Virus record (IMG/VR): IMGVR_UViG_3300042569_001733 | Span: 1 to 55,029 of that record | DNA: 55,029 nt | Source of the DNA: a virus | Taxonomy: Duplodnaviria; Caudoviricetes | Reading direction: 5' to 3' (one strand) | Part shown: in pieces, positions 19,621 through 28,476 of the stretch | Numbering within the stretch: position 1 is the stretch's first letter | Layout: the number at the start of each line of letters is the position of its first letter | Translations under genes and position numbers: made by a program | The notes under the pieces: model-generated | Told to the model about the DNA's origin: nothing | The model's input: only the letters and a program-made list of their open reading frames with translations | Database searches by the model: none

Positions 19621-19629
19621 TGATAGGGT
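19621..19629 (+). promoter_or_regulatory. Putative extended -10 promoter for a leaderless GT2-TPR transcript
   Basis: TGATAGGGT (TGnTAnnnT) separated by 6 nt from ATG 19636, with no SD. Confidence 0.5.
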
Positions 19630-19635
19630 AATCAC

Positions 19636-20700
19636 ATGAAAGTTGCCGCATACGCCATCTCGTTAAACGAGGAAAAGCACGCTGCCCGCTGGGCTGAAAC
19701 TACAAAGGACGCGGACTTCCGCCTTGTATGTGACACTGGATCCACAGATAGAACGGTTGAGATCCTACGCGAGCACGGAGTAATAGTTCACGAGATTAGC
19801 GTCAAGCCTTGGCGCTTTGACGTTGCACGCAATACCGCACAGAGTTTACTACCCGACGACATAGACGTATGCTTGTCTTTAGATATGGACGAACTTGTAG
19901 ATGAAAACTTCTTTGAGGAAGTTAAGAAGCAGTGGGTAGACGGAGCTACAAAAGGTTGGTGTGAGTTTGACACCGGACACGTTTGGTGGGGTTGCCGTCT
20001 TCACTCACGACATAAGATGTATTGGAAATATCCAATTCACGAGGTATTTGTTCCTTCGCTTGATACACAAAATGTTAGCTGCCAAATTCACGGAGTTAAG
20101 ATGTATCATAAGCCTGATGACACTAAGTCGCGCGGACAGTATCTACCTATGCTTGTTGCCGCGTCAAAGGAGTTTGGAGAGGATCACCGCATCTGGGTCT
20201 ACCTATGTCGTGAATACTACTTCTATAAGCAGTGGGAACTTGTTATCAGCGCGGCTGAAAAGGTTACAGAGTTTAGCAAGGACTGGTACATCGAGCGTGC
20301 AGCCGTGTGTCGTTGGGCCGCGGAGGCTTCGCGCAACATAGGTAAGAAAGAAGAGGCGCACGTTTGGGCAGACAAGGCAATTGAGATTGATCCTTGCGGA
20401 GAAAATTACTACGAGAAGGTCCGCTGCTACTACGACTCCGGTGACTGGGGCGGAGTCTGGGAGACGTGTAAGCTTGTCGCCGCGTGTGACAAGACGGATC
20501 ACTATCTTTCATCCGAGGCGCTATGGCGTTGGCAACTTGACGACATGCGTGGGCTATCCGCGCACTACCTAGGTGATAGAGATAAGGCTGTACAATATGG
20601 TGAGTTGGCGGTTGCAGGTAGCCCTGACGACGAACGCCTAAAGACAAACCTAAGGTTCTATAAAGCAGGAATCGAGGCACAACTAAATGGAACAGCCTGA
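19636..20700 (+). CDS. GT2 glycosyltransferase with a C-terminal TPR-like helical domain
   Basis: NEE, DTGSTDRT, FDVARN, LDMDE and IHE motifs followed by helical repeats. Confidence 0.85.
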   Translation: MKVAAYAISLNEEKHAARWAETTKDADFRLVCDTGSTDRTVEILREHGVIVHEISVKPWRFDVARNTAQSLLPDDIDVCLSLDMDELVDENFFEEVKKQWVDGATKGWCEFDTGHVWWGCRLHSRHKMYWKYPIHEVFVPSLDTQNVSCQIHGVKMYHKPDDTKSRGQYLPMLVAASKEFGEDHRIWVYLCREYYFYKQWELVISAAEKVTEFSKDWYIERAAVCRWAAEASRNIGKKEEAHVWADKAIEIDPCGENYYEKVRCYYDSGDWGGVWETCKLVAACDKTDHYLSSEALWRWQLDDMRGLSAHYLGDRDKAVQYGELAVAGSPDDERLKTNLRFYKAGIEAQLNGTA

Positions 20701-21550
20701 TGTATTTGTTGCAGTTCTTGTAAAGCAAAAAGAAGCTGTATTACCTCTATTTCTTGAATCACTTGAGGCTTGGGATTACCCTAAGGAAAAATTATTTCTC
20801 TACATCCGCACGAACAACAACACCGACAATACCGTGCAGATCTTAGACGACTGGATAGAGAAGAACGTTCATCTTTATAAAGGCTGCGTGTACGATAAGC
20901 AAAATGTCGGCGAGGCGGTAGAGCGTTTTAAGCAGCACGAGTGGAACGGCGAACGATTTAGGGTCCTTGCAAAAATTCGTCAACAAAGTTTTAACGAGTG
21001 CCTTGATACTGACTGCAAATACTACTTTGTGGTTGATGTTGATAACTTTATATTCCCGGAGACGCTCAACGAGCTTATTAAGTTAGACCTGCCTATCGTA
21101 GCTCCGTTTATTCGCTACGCGGTTGCGTTTGGCGATAATGTAGACGACGAGGAAACTGCAAAGGAACGCGAAGGACACCTTGGACAGTACTACGCTAACT
21201 ACCATCACATCGTAGACGACTACGGCTCAATCGTCGCAAACGACGCCTACTACCAGGTGCTAGAGCAAAAGGTTAAGGGACTTATCGAGTGCATGTGCGT
21301 TCACTGCACGTATCTTATTAAGCGCGAACATCTTTCAGAGCTTTCGTATTTAGAGGATTCTGATCGCTGGGAGTACATGGTGTTCTCAAACTCCGCGCGC
21401 GATAAAAATATTAAACAGTATCTAGATAACAGAACTATCTACGGTATCCTTACGCTGTCAGAAAACGCAGGCGCATCGCGCTGGTGGTACGAGTATCTAA
21501 AGGATAAAGAAGATAGAGCTGTGGCGTATAAAGATCGCTGGCTACAGTAG
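20687..21550 (+). CDS. GT-A glycosyltransferase resembling the procollagen galactosyltransferase N-terminal domain
   Basis: DYPKEK...NNTDNT..IL..W...W...RF.....RQ.......YYFVVDVDNF...TL..LI....PIVAP...YANY...VHCTYLI. Confidence 0.7.
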   Translation: MEQPDVFVAVLVKQKEAVLPLFLESLEAWDYPKEKLFLYIRTNNNTDNTVQILDDWIEKNVHLYKGCVYDKQNVGEAVERFKQHEWNGERFRVLAKIRQQSFNECLDTDCKYYFVVDVDNFIFPETLNELIKLDLPIVAPFIRYAVAFGDNVDDEETAKEREGHLGQYYANYHHIVDDYGSIVANDAYYQVLEQKVKGLIECMCVHCTYLIKREHLSELSYLEDSDRWEYMVFSNSARDKNIKQYLDNRTIYGILTLSENAGASRWWYEYLKDKEDRAVAYKDRWLQ

Positions 21551-22060
21551 CGGTTTTTCCTTCTTAGGCTTCTTTTTCTTTTCTTTATCGCGCTCGCTCT
21601 TTGCTAGCTTCTCTTCACGTTGAATATGATACGCGTCAACCGCGTTTGCGCTTGTGCGTGAGCGCCAGGTAAAGTCACAAGCCTCGCATTGAACAAGACG
21701 CATGGTTGCCCAACGTCCTCCACCTGGAACATCTACTACCAATGTCTTAAGTTTATTTGGTCGTGCGTTGCAGTAAGGGCACTGTGGAAAACGTTGTCTA
21801 CGAGATTCCTGTCCGTTCCAGGATACGGAAAGTGTACGACGAATTTCTCCTTCGTCTTTTCCTCCCCAGATTCCCCAGATCTGCTTGTGCTCTAACGCCC
21901 ACTTCAAACATTCTTTTCGTACAGGACACGAGAAGCAAAGATTCTTTGCCTGGTATTTTTCTGCAGGCTCGGATGAAAAGAAGAAATCTCTGAAATCCTC
22001 GTTTACCTGTTGTCCGCATGCTGAGTCTTTTTGCCAACTAAGATCTAGTGATCCGCTCAT
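21542..22060 (-). CDS. whiB: WhiB-family transcription factor with a C-terminal Zn-ribbon-like extension
   Basis: W...SAC...AKNLCFSCPVRKECL..AL....WGIWGG...ERR-type WhiB signature, plus CPYC and CEAC pairs. Confidence 0.9.
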   Translation of the reverse strand: MSGSLDLSWQKDSACGQQVNEDFRDFFFSSEPAEKYQAKNLCFSCPVRKECLKWALEHKQIWGIWGGKDEGEIRRTLSVSWNGQESRRQRFPQCPYCNARPNKLKTLVVDVPGGGRWATMRLVQCEACDFTWRSRTSANAVDAYHIQREEKLAKSERDKEKKKKPKKEKPLL

Positions 22061-22401
22061 TCTGCGATTACCTCGACCCACGTAATAGGAGTCAAGCCAT
22101 CTACGCTATCGCCTTCGCGTGTTTCACCGTCTTCATCGCACGCGGTTAATTCATTATCGCCGTCTACTTCTCCCGCGTAACCGTAGTTAATCAACGCGGA
22201 GTCAAGATACTTAAATCCGTTGCCTAATGACACGGATATACCATCGCGTTGTAGTGCAGACGCGAGTGCGCGACGAATAAGCTCGTTCTCTAGATCTATA
22301 TGATCCTCTGTGAAGAAGGTAACCGAATGAGCGTGTAAAGGCTCGTAGCCTTCACCCGTCCATTCCTTCCACAAAAGCTCACCTATACGTGAGTCTTTCA
22401 C
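22057..22401 (-). CDS. Hypothetical acidic protein
   Basis: ORF with AGGGG RBS. Overlaps the whiB start. Confidence 0.65.
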   Translation of the reverse strand: MKDSRIGELLWKEWTGEGYEPLHAHSVTFFTEDHIDLENELIRRALASALQRDGISVSLGNGFKYLDSALINYGYAGEVDGDNELTACDEDGETREGDSVDGLTPITWVEVIAE

Positions 22402-22541
22402 AATTCCCCTTAGCGCTATCGTCGTTAAGGGAATATTACACTGAAAGGTGGATCTTCGCGTGGATAAACGCAGATTATTTTACTGCAATAAATTACCTCA
22501 GGTCAGGTGTAAAAGTGTCTCTAAGCGTCACTGAGCAACGC

Positions 22542-23069
22542 CTACATGTTGTTGTAGGTGCCGAGCTGGAGTACGCCGTTGACGTCAGGCCATAGATATT
22601 GGTAGTACTCTGGGCGATAACCTTTATCCTCTGGCCAGCCGAACTGAGAGTACCACTCGTACTCCTTGCGCAATAAAGCAATGCGGTGGGTAGAGGCAAT
22701 TTGCTCATAGGTGTCCTTATCCTTAAACCAGTAAGGGAAGGTTAATTCGTCGCTGATACGTCCTAGCTCAAGCGCGCGGATTAGTGTTCCTTCAATCTTA
22801 GGAATCATCGTAGATTTATAACCGCGCCTAAGCCACTCGTCACACATGGTAGTTGCGTATAAGGCTAAAGCTTTCTCGTGGCCTTCCCACATCTTTGCCG
22901 CAGGGTGATTACGCCAACCTTTAGGGTCACGGTGTTCTCCTTGTGGGTTTAGCGAAGTAAGAACTAGCATAAGCTGCCATGCCTCAAGTACCTGTTTGTT
23001 AAGGCGCTTGTTATCTAACTCCTGGGCAATGCGCTCAAAGGAGTCGGTATGAGGTACAAATGTTTGCAT
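22542..23069 (-). CDS. Pyrimidine-dimer DNA glycosylase (DenV-like, actinobacterial MSMEG_6728-type)
   Basis: MQTFVP...LDNKRLNKQVLEA...GWRNHPAAKMW.G...EWLRRGY...H...LLRK...Y.WP. Confidence 0.8.
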   Translation of the reverse strand: MQTFVPHTDSFERIAQELDNKRLNKQVLEAWQLMLVLTSLNPQGEHRDPKGWRNHPAAKMWEGHEKALALYATTMCDEWLRRGYKSTMIPKIEGTLIRALELGRISDELTFPYWFKDKDTYEQIASTHRIALLRKEYEWYSQFGWPEDKGYRPEYYQYLWPDVNGVLQLGTYNNM

Positions 23070-23096
23070 GTATTCGTCCGTTCGTCATTTTAGTAA

Positions 23097-23105
23097 ATTA
23101 TAACA
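23097..23105 (-). promoter_or_regulatory. Putative extended -10 promoter
   Basis: TGTTATAAT on the minus strand, ~28 nt upstream of start 23069. An identical 9-mer lies at 38497-38505. Confidence 0.6.
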
Positions 23106-23109
23106 GGAA

Positions 23110-23409
23110 CTACAGCTCGTCGGGCGTAGGCTCCTCGTGTACGGGTTCTTCCTCTAGCTCGTCAATCTCATCTTCCCCATCTATCTCAACAGAAGAGATG
23201 TAAATTCCTACTACTGTTAGTCTTCCGCAGACGTAGCAATCCGACACCGCGCCTGGAGATAATTCAATCGGAACCGTAACGCTTATCAGACGAGTAATGA
23301 TATTACCGTTGATATCTACACTATCAGCTTCCCATAGACTGTTTTCGTCTATCCAGCATCTTTCACAGATCGGCACGAGACTGTCATCGTACGTGCGGAT
23401 ATGCTTCAT
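23110..23409 (-). CDS. Hypothetical protein with two CxxC pairs
   Basis: CERC and CYVC, acidic tail. ATGA overlap with the upstream gene. Confidence 0.6.
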   Translation of the reverse strand: MKHIRTYDDSLVPICERCWIDENSLWEADSVDINGNIITRLISVTVPIELSPGAVSDCYVCGRLTVVGIYISSVEIDGEDEIDELEEEPVHEEPTPDEL

Positions 23410-24671
23410 TCGCTAATAGTCTCCATAGGGCTACTGTACCACTTTTTCTTAGCGTAGTGTCTGGAGAATCCCTTATCCGCGTCGATAAGATATTCCCGAT
23501 CTCCGATTAACTCTGCGTCTGGCCCTTGTGGATTACCGTCAAGTGAATCCTTGATAGCCTTACCAATCCAGTTTGCAGCCTGCACAGGAACAGCCTTGCC
23601 CCATACAGCCGCAAGGTGTGAGTAGTCACGTGCGCTTTCAATATTCCAATCATCAGGAAGACCTTGCATGCGAGCAGATTCTCTGTGCGTAATAAGTCGT
23701 GGCTGCGTCGGGTGAACAACGTGATCTAGCGCAGAGCCTGTTAACACGTTACACCAGTGATCTTCCTTCCAGCGATATGGCTGAGAAAATCCAAGCTTAA
23801 AATCTTTACGAATAACGCGAGGAGAAATGTCGATCCATTTCTGAGGGAACTTACCGTCGTTTAAGTCTACCGCTTTTTTAAGTGCGCCACCTGTATCGCC
23901 GTTCCCTTCCCAGCCATCATTTCCGATGATGCTAAAGATCTCTTCAATACGTTGGGCGTGAATATTTGATTTACCGATATGTCCGTCAACCATACCGTTT
24001 TTTGTGCGCAGATGCTTAACATACTTTGACGGAGATGGCGCGGTGTACTTTTGCTTGTTCCACGTCTGAGGCATCTCCGCAAGATCACCGATGATGTCCA
24101 TAATACGTGGAAGTTGTTTCGGTTCGGTGATTGGTGTTGAAAACTTAAGACCAGATTCAACTGCTACCCAGAAGTAGCGCGGGCGATATGAAAATCCGCC
24201 AACCTGTAGGTTGTTTTCCTTAACATGGTACAGATCATATTTTTTACCGGAGACTTGCTCAACCATGTCGCGATACTTAACCATTACGTCGCGTCCCTGT
24301 GTGTATGCCTGTTGAACGCACTCAAAAACAATAGCGCGTGGTTTTACCCGTCCTGCGTATTTCATAAAGGCTACGGTGTGCTCGTGCGCCTTAGAGTCAG
24401 GTCCACGATTAGCAGGGCCAGACCATACAGACCAACCAGAGCAAGGAGGGCAACCCATAACTACATCTGCCTTTTGTACTCGCCATTCATTAGGATCATC
24501 TGAAAACTCTGCAGTCCAATCATCTCCAAGAAGATGACGGTTGTTTTCTGCAACGACGTTTCCAAAGTTTAACGTTCCGGTGCGTTGAATCATCTTCATG
24601 TCATTCTGGACAAAACCAAGACTCATGAACGCGGCAAGCCCATTGCAGTCGATAAATGTATGTTGTGACAA
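23406..24671 (-). CDS. C5 cytosine DNA methyltransferase-like protein with atypical motifs I and VI
   Basis: Catalytic GCPPCSGWS, FECV in place of ENV, R.R.F, and RESARMQGLP and GKAVP (motifs IX/X). Confidence 0.75.
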   Translation of the reverse strand: MSQHTFIDCNGLAAFMSLGFVQNDMKMIQRTGTLNFGNVVAENNRHLLGDDWTAEFSDDPNEWRVQKADVVMGCPPCSGWSVWSGPANRGPDSKAHEHTVAFMKYAGRVKPRAIVFECVQQAYTQGRDVMVKYRDMVEQVSGKKYDLYHVKENNLQVGGFSYRPRYFWVAVESGLKFSTPITEPKQLPRIMDIIGDLAEMPQTWNKQKYTAPSPSKYVKHLRTKNGMVDGHIGKSNIHAQRIEEIFSIIGNDGWEGNGDTGGALKKAVDLNDGKFPQKWIDISPRVIRKDFKLGFSQPYRWKEDHWCNVLTGSALDHVVHPTQPRLITHRESARMQGLPDDWNIESARDYSHLAAVWGKAVPVQAANWIGKAIKDSLDGNPQGPDAELIGDREYLIDADKGFSRHYAKKKWYSSPMETISE

Positions 24672-24736
24672 GGCAGTAACCTTTCGTAGTTCCTAAGGTA
24701 GGACCTTATACCGACTTACCATTTACCGCGTGCTAT

Positions 24737-25057
24737 CTACGCAGAAATATTGGCATTCTTTTCTAGCTCGAGCATACCTACCTCGTAGCCACAACCCGCG
24801 TATCCCGCGATATCAATCCATGTATCTGCCTGGAACCCTGACTTATTCGCGTAACGTGCAACCTTTAACCCGACCATCATCATCGCGACATCTTCATTTG
24901 ATATCTCGACACCAAGGATCATCGACCATACCTTTGAGATACGGGCAAAGTTTTCCTCAGGACCTCCGTATTGTGTGTCCCTGTCTCCTGTGATGATCTT
25001 TGCGGCCTCACGTAGTGCCTCAACACGGTACTGAACTACTGCGTCGTTCTCTGTCAT
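24737..25057 (-). CDS. DUF6378-like protein
   Basis: EAAKIITGDR..QYG.PEENF.RI...WS...DVAMMM..LKVAR....D.W.DIAGY pattern. Confidence 0.7.
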   Translation of the reverse strand: MTENDAVVQYRVEALREAAKIITGDRDTQYGGPEENFARISKVWSMILGVEISNEDVAMMMVGLKVARYANKSGFQADTWIDIAGYAGCGYEVGMLELEKNANISA

Positions 25058-25257
25058 TTATCTTCTACCTTCGTACGAATAGTAATGATTCCTGTAAGTA
25101 TCTTACCGTTGTCAAGTTTATCCTTGATCTGCAACTCCGAGTCCATAGGCAGGGTTGCGTTTTCGTCACCACAAAAATCCTGCCAACGCTGCTTAGCACC
25201 TTCCATAATCTCAGTCAAGGTAGAACCTGTAATAAAAAATTCAACTGTAGATCTCAT
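25054..25257 (-). CDS. Hypothetical protein
   Basis: ORF overlaps both neighbours in the operon. Confidence 0.6.
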   Translation of the reverse strand: MRSTVEFFITGSTLTEIMEGAKQRWQDFCGDENATLPMDSELQIKDKLDNGKILTGIITIRTKVEDK

Positions 25258-25676
25258 TATTGAACTCTCTTCTGAAGTTGATGAGGTGAATAGTGAGCTC
25301 CATCAAGGATAGGTTCCTTATCGTCGTTAGACTTAAAGATGATGTCGCCGTAGCGAATTCCTACAACCTTACCTCTGCGTCCGTTGTGCATAGAACCTGT
25401 AGACCCTTGATACGCATCAAGCTTTACGCGTACCTGATCTCCTACGGTAATTGCTCCCGGTTGCGCATCAATCCATACCTCGTTGGCAACCTCAGGGGTT
25501 ACCGCGTGACCAAGCGCTAGCTTGTTAAATAACACAAGTACTTCTTTTTGCTGAGGATCAGATAATTTTAGAGGCTCCCATGCAGCAAGAAGTTTTAGCA
25601 GCGCATTTCCCACGCCAACCTTAACCTTTGCCTCCTGCATCTGTTGTTTAATCCATTGCTCGTTGATCTCAGGCAT
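25257..25676 (-). CDS. Hypothetical protein with a possible C-terminal KOW/SH3-like barrel
   Basis: AGGAGG RBS before ATG 25676. VGDQVRV...GRRGKVVG pattern. Confidence 0.6.
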   Translation of the reverse strand: MPEINEQWIKQQMQEAKVKVGVGNALLKLLAAWEPLKLSDPQQKEVLVLFNKLALGHAVTPEVANEVWIDAQPGAITVGDQVRVKLDAYQGSTGSMHNGRRGKVVGIRYGDIIFKSNDDKEPILDGAHYSPHQLQKRVQ

Positions 25677-26154
25677 CGTGTCCATCCTCCTTTGGTAAAC
25701 ATTTTGAGCACATTTCTGGGCTCGCGCCACGACCTACGTCGTCAATTGCGCGCTGGCATAGAGCACACTTTACTCCAATGTCCTTAACCTTGTAGCCGTC
25801 TAGCTGACGTTGCTTGTTACGTTCCATCTTTTCAAGATAGAACTTATCGAGCATCTCGTCTGTTCCACCTGCCGCAACGATAATGTTTGCGACAAAGTGC
25901 AAAACGTCAACAGCTTCCTTAATTACTTCTTCTCTGTCCGCATAAGGAGCGTCGTGTTGCCAAGGCTTCCATGAGATCGCTTGGCGCATCTCTGCAAGTT
26001 CATCGTCTACCGCTAGCATATTCCAGCGTAGGTACTCTACAAACTTACGGATGTTCTGAGGCTTATCGCCTTCCATTTCTTCATAGTTAATAAAGTACAC
26101 ATCCTTTTGAAGATCACGTGTACGCTTTAACCAGCTATTGAACAAGATGGACAT
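25669..26154 (-). CDS. All-alpha NTP pyrophosphatase (dimeric dUTPase/dCTPase, MazG-like)
   Basis: DELAE....WKPW....EAVDVLHF...Y.EK...N..RQ..GY, plus a C-terminal CxxC...CxxC. Confidence 0.8.
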   Translation of the reverse strand: MSILFNSWLKRTRDLQKDVYFINYEEMEGDKPQNIRKFVEYLRWNMLAVDDELAEMRQAISWKPWQHDAPYADREEVIKEAVDVLHFVANIIVAAGGTDEMLDKFYLEKMERNKQRQLDGYKVKDIGVKCALCQRAIDDVGRGASPEMCSKCLPKEDGHDA

Positions 26155-27181
26155 TAGTTTGCTCTTTTCTCGTGAATAGGTCTAGTGCTTGTGATAAGTT
26201 GATTGCTGCGTCTCTACGTGTAGGTATATTTATAATGTATGAATCACGTTGATCCTTGGCAAGTTGAACACGCTCTTCCTGCGACATACTTTCAATACTA
26301 GATGCAAGATGCGTCCATGAAGAACCAATAAGCTGGCTTTCCTTCCAGTCTGTTGCAATAGGAGTTAGATTATTCATGCATTGTATATATCTGTAGCTCC
26401 ACCACGTACTAGAAGAATAAGGAGGAATAAGAGCTCCTAGACCAGAGGATATCTGCGTAGATACCTGCTCGTCTGTCCATGCCTTATTCCATTTCATAGG
26501 GACTGTCGGATGTGTAAGAGTTGACGTAGTAGACTTAACCCATTTAGTTGAGTAGTTTTCTACAACCCACTTGTCACGCCGCTCGATCTCAATCATGTCC
26601 TGAGTAGAAATTAAATATGAGTCTAAGTTGATTCCTACAAGCGAGTTGCCTGCACCTTCTGGTAAACAGTCTGCAACGTGTTTCATGTCGTCAGTCCACG
26701 GCAGTGCGGGGTACAAGGTAGTTGGCCATTTCTTATTTAGAAGATCGTCTATAACGTCTATAAGGTTTTGAAGCATGTTTGGCTGCGCTGCAGAGCTAAA
26801 TCCCTTGCGATACGAGTAGAAAGGCTTGGTAAGGTTGTCAGGCGTCTTACTCATAGCGCGTAGGCTCGCGGTAATCTTTGCAGGTTCCGGTGCATCAATA
26901 AATAGATGAAGCTTTGGAGAGTCTAATAAAACGTCAATAACACTCAATGCGCCGTAGACGTGGTTTGCACTTAGACTTGTTATAGGACTAATTCCAACAA
27001 GTACGGAGTCATATTGTTCAAGATCTTTTAAGTTCCAGGAGACCTCAGGATTTTCCTGTATAACCTCATGGCCTTGCTGTTCAAGAACTAGCTTCATTAC
27101 TCCCGCAAAAGATAACGAGCGCGAGTTAGCCTTCTCTGAAGCATGAGAAGCACTCATTCCTGTGATAAGAATTTTACTCAT
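26135..27181 (-). CDS. Putative nucleotide/DNA-modifying transferase (GT-B-like), paralog 2
   Basis: Shares KILITG...GH.V...DL..YD...P..SL...GAL and PPY....WW..R with the upstream gene. The fold assignment is inference. Confidence 0.45.
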   Translation of the reverse strand: MSKILITGMSASHASEKANSRSLSFAGVMKLVLEQQGHEVIQENPEVSWNLKDLEQYDSVLVGISPITSLSANHVYGALSVIDVLLDSPKLHLFIDAPEPAKITASLRAMSKTPDNLTKPFYSYRKGFSSAAQPNMLQNLIDVIDDLLNKKWPTTLYPALPWTDDMKHVADCLPEGAGNSLVGINLDSYLISTQDMIEIERRDKWVVENYSTKWVKSTTSTLTHPTVPMKWNKAWTDEQVSTQISSGLGALIPPYSSSTWWSYRYIQCMNNLTPIATDWKESQLIGSSWTHLASSIESMSQEERVQLAKDQRDSYIINIPTRRDAAINLSQALDLFTRKEQTNVHLVQ

Positions 27182-28389
27182 ACAAGTGTACCGTCTGCCT
27201 TCAATGCACGGCCTTTATCCTCGGCAACCGCACGCTTAATGATACGGTCACAGTGTTCAACAAACGCGGTGTACTCTGGGATATAAGGCGCAAGAGCAGC
27301 GCGCTGAGCCATTGCAGTTGCGTGCAGCTCTGTATCCGACATCTTTTCAACGTCAGAGATCTTTAGCTTATACGCATCACCAAGTGGATCACCTTCGCCC
27401 TTATCAGTTACAAGGATAGAGCCAACGTGCGCTGCGTATAGGAAACGACTACGCCACCAGCCAGATCCAGCGTGTGGATACGGTGGAGAAAGAATCCCCC
27501 AGTGTCTATTGTAAAATTCAAGTACGTCTTGCTCTGTAGCAAATCTCTGTCCGCCAAGCTTCTTAATAAGCTTACGACTTCCTACGATCTCAACTTGCCA
27601 GTCTGGACTCTTTCTTTCAAGCCATGTATCGTGCGGCATAAGAGCTCCAAGAACCCATGCACGCTTTTTCTCCGTAGGAGGAAGCGCGGTAACAGGTTGT
27701 AGCGTTGGAATAACAGTTGACGTCGGGTCTAACGCCTCGATAGGTCCTACTGCATCTGGCATACGCTTGCGTACGATAGCTCTGTCACCGAAGGAATACA
27801 TAGGACAAACTGGAACCATACCTGCAAGCCAACGTTCTGCGATAAGATCTCGTGATGCCTCAACTAAACGTTTTTCATAAGGCTGTACGTTTTCGTCTGA
27901 GTCCATCATGTAGTAGCGTTCGATGTAGCACTTTTTTGCCGCCGCAGGGTTTGCTTCTTTGACTCGCTCGAGTGCTGCCTCGATATCTGCACGACTAAAG
28001 TAAGTTGCGCCTTCTTCACCGCGATGTTCAGTTCCTACAAGCAGATGCTTATACAGCATCTCTGGTTTACGAATTAAAGCACGAGCACCGTTGAACACGG
28101 TGTTAAACTGCCAGTCATCAAAGAATCCTACACAAGGTAATCCAGATGACAAAGTATAAAGTGCGCCCATTGCACCTTGACGCCCGTTAAGTGAGTTCAA
28201 CGGTGCAAGGTTTACCCATGCAACATCATAAGATGAAAGATCCTCACCCGGTGTGACCTTGCGCCAATCAACATCATGGCCAGCTTCACGCAATGCTTTT
28301 GCGATAGAAGCAGGCACGTCAATCTTTTGGATCGTACGCTTCTCTGTGTTAATTTGGAGCGCGGTAAATCCTGTAATTAGAACCTTCAT
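27178..28389 (-). CDS. Putative nucleotide/DNA-modifying transferase (GT-B-like), paralog 1
   Basis: Rossmann-like start MKVLITG...LREAGHDV, FFDDW, PPYPHAGSGWWRSR. Lies in the nucleotide-metabolism cluster. Confidence 0.45.
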   Translation of the reverse strand: MKVLITGFTALQINTEKRTIQKIDVPASIAKALREAGHDVDWRKVTPGEDLSSYDVAWVNLAPLNSLNGRQGAMGALYTLSSGLPCVGFFDDWQFNTVFNGARALIRKPEMLYKHLLVGTEHRGEEGATYFSRADIEAALERVKEANPAAAKKCYIERYYMMDSDENVQPYEKRLVEASRDLIAERWLAGMVPVCPMYSFGDRAIVRKRMPDAVGPIEALDPTSTVIPTLQPVTALPPTEKKRAWVLGALMPHDTWLERKSPDWQVEIVGSRKLIKKLGGQRFATEQDVLEFYNRHWGILSPPYPHAGSGWWRSRFLYAAHVGSILVTDKGEGDPLGDAYKLKISDVEKMSDTELHATAMAQRAALAPYIPEYTAFVEHCDRIIKRAVAEDKGRALKADGTLV

Positions 28390-28418
28390 GCCCACTACCT
28401 TTCTAAGTAGATTTGGAG

Positions 28419-28452
28419 TATCACCTATTCACTGTACCAGGAATAGGTGATA
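28419..28452. repeat. Perfect 12-bp inverted repeat (possible terminator or operator)
   Basis: TATCACCTATTC-N10-GAATAGGTGATA in the intergenic gap downstream of the SSB gene. Confidence 0.6.
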
Positions 28453-28476
28453 AACCAGACTTACTTAGAGTGCTAT

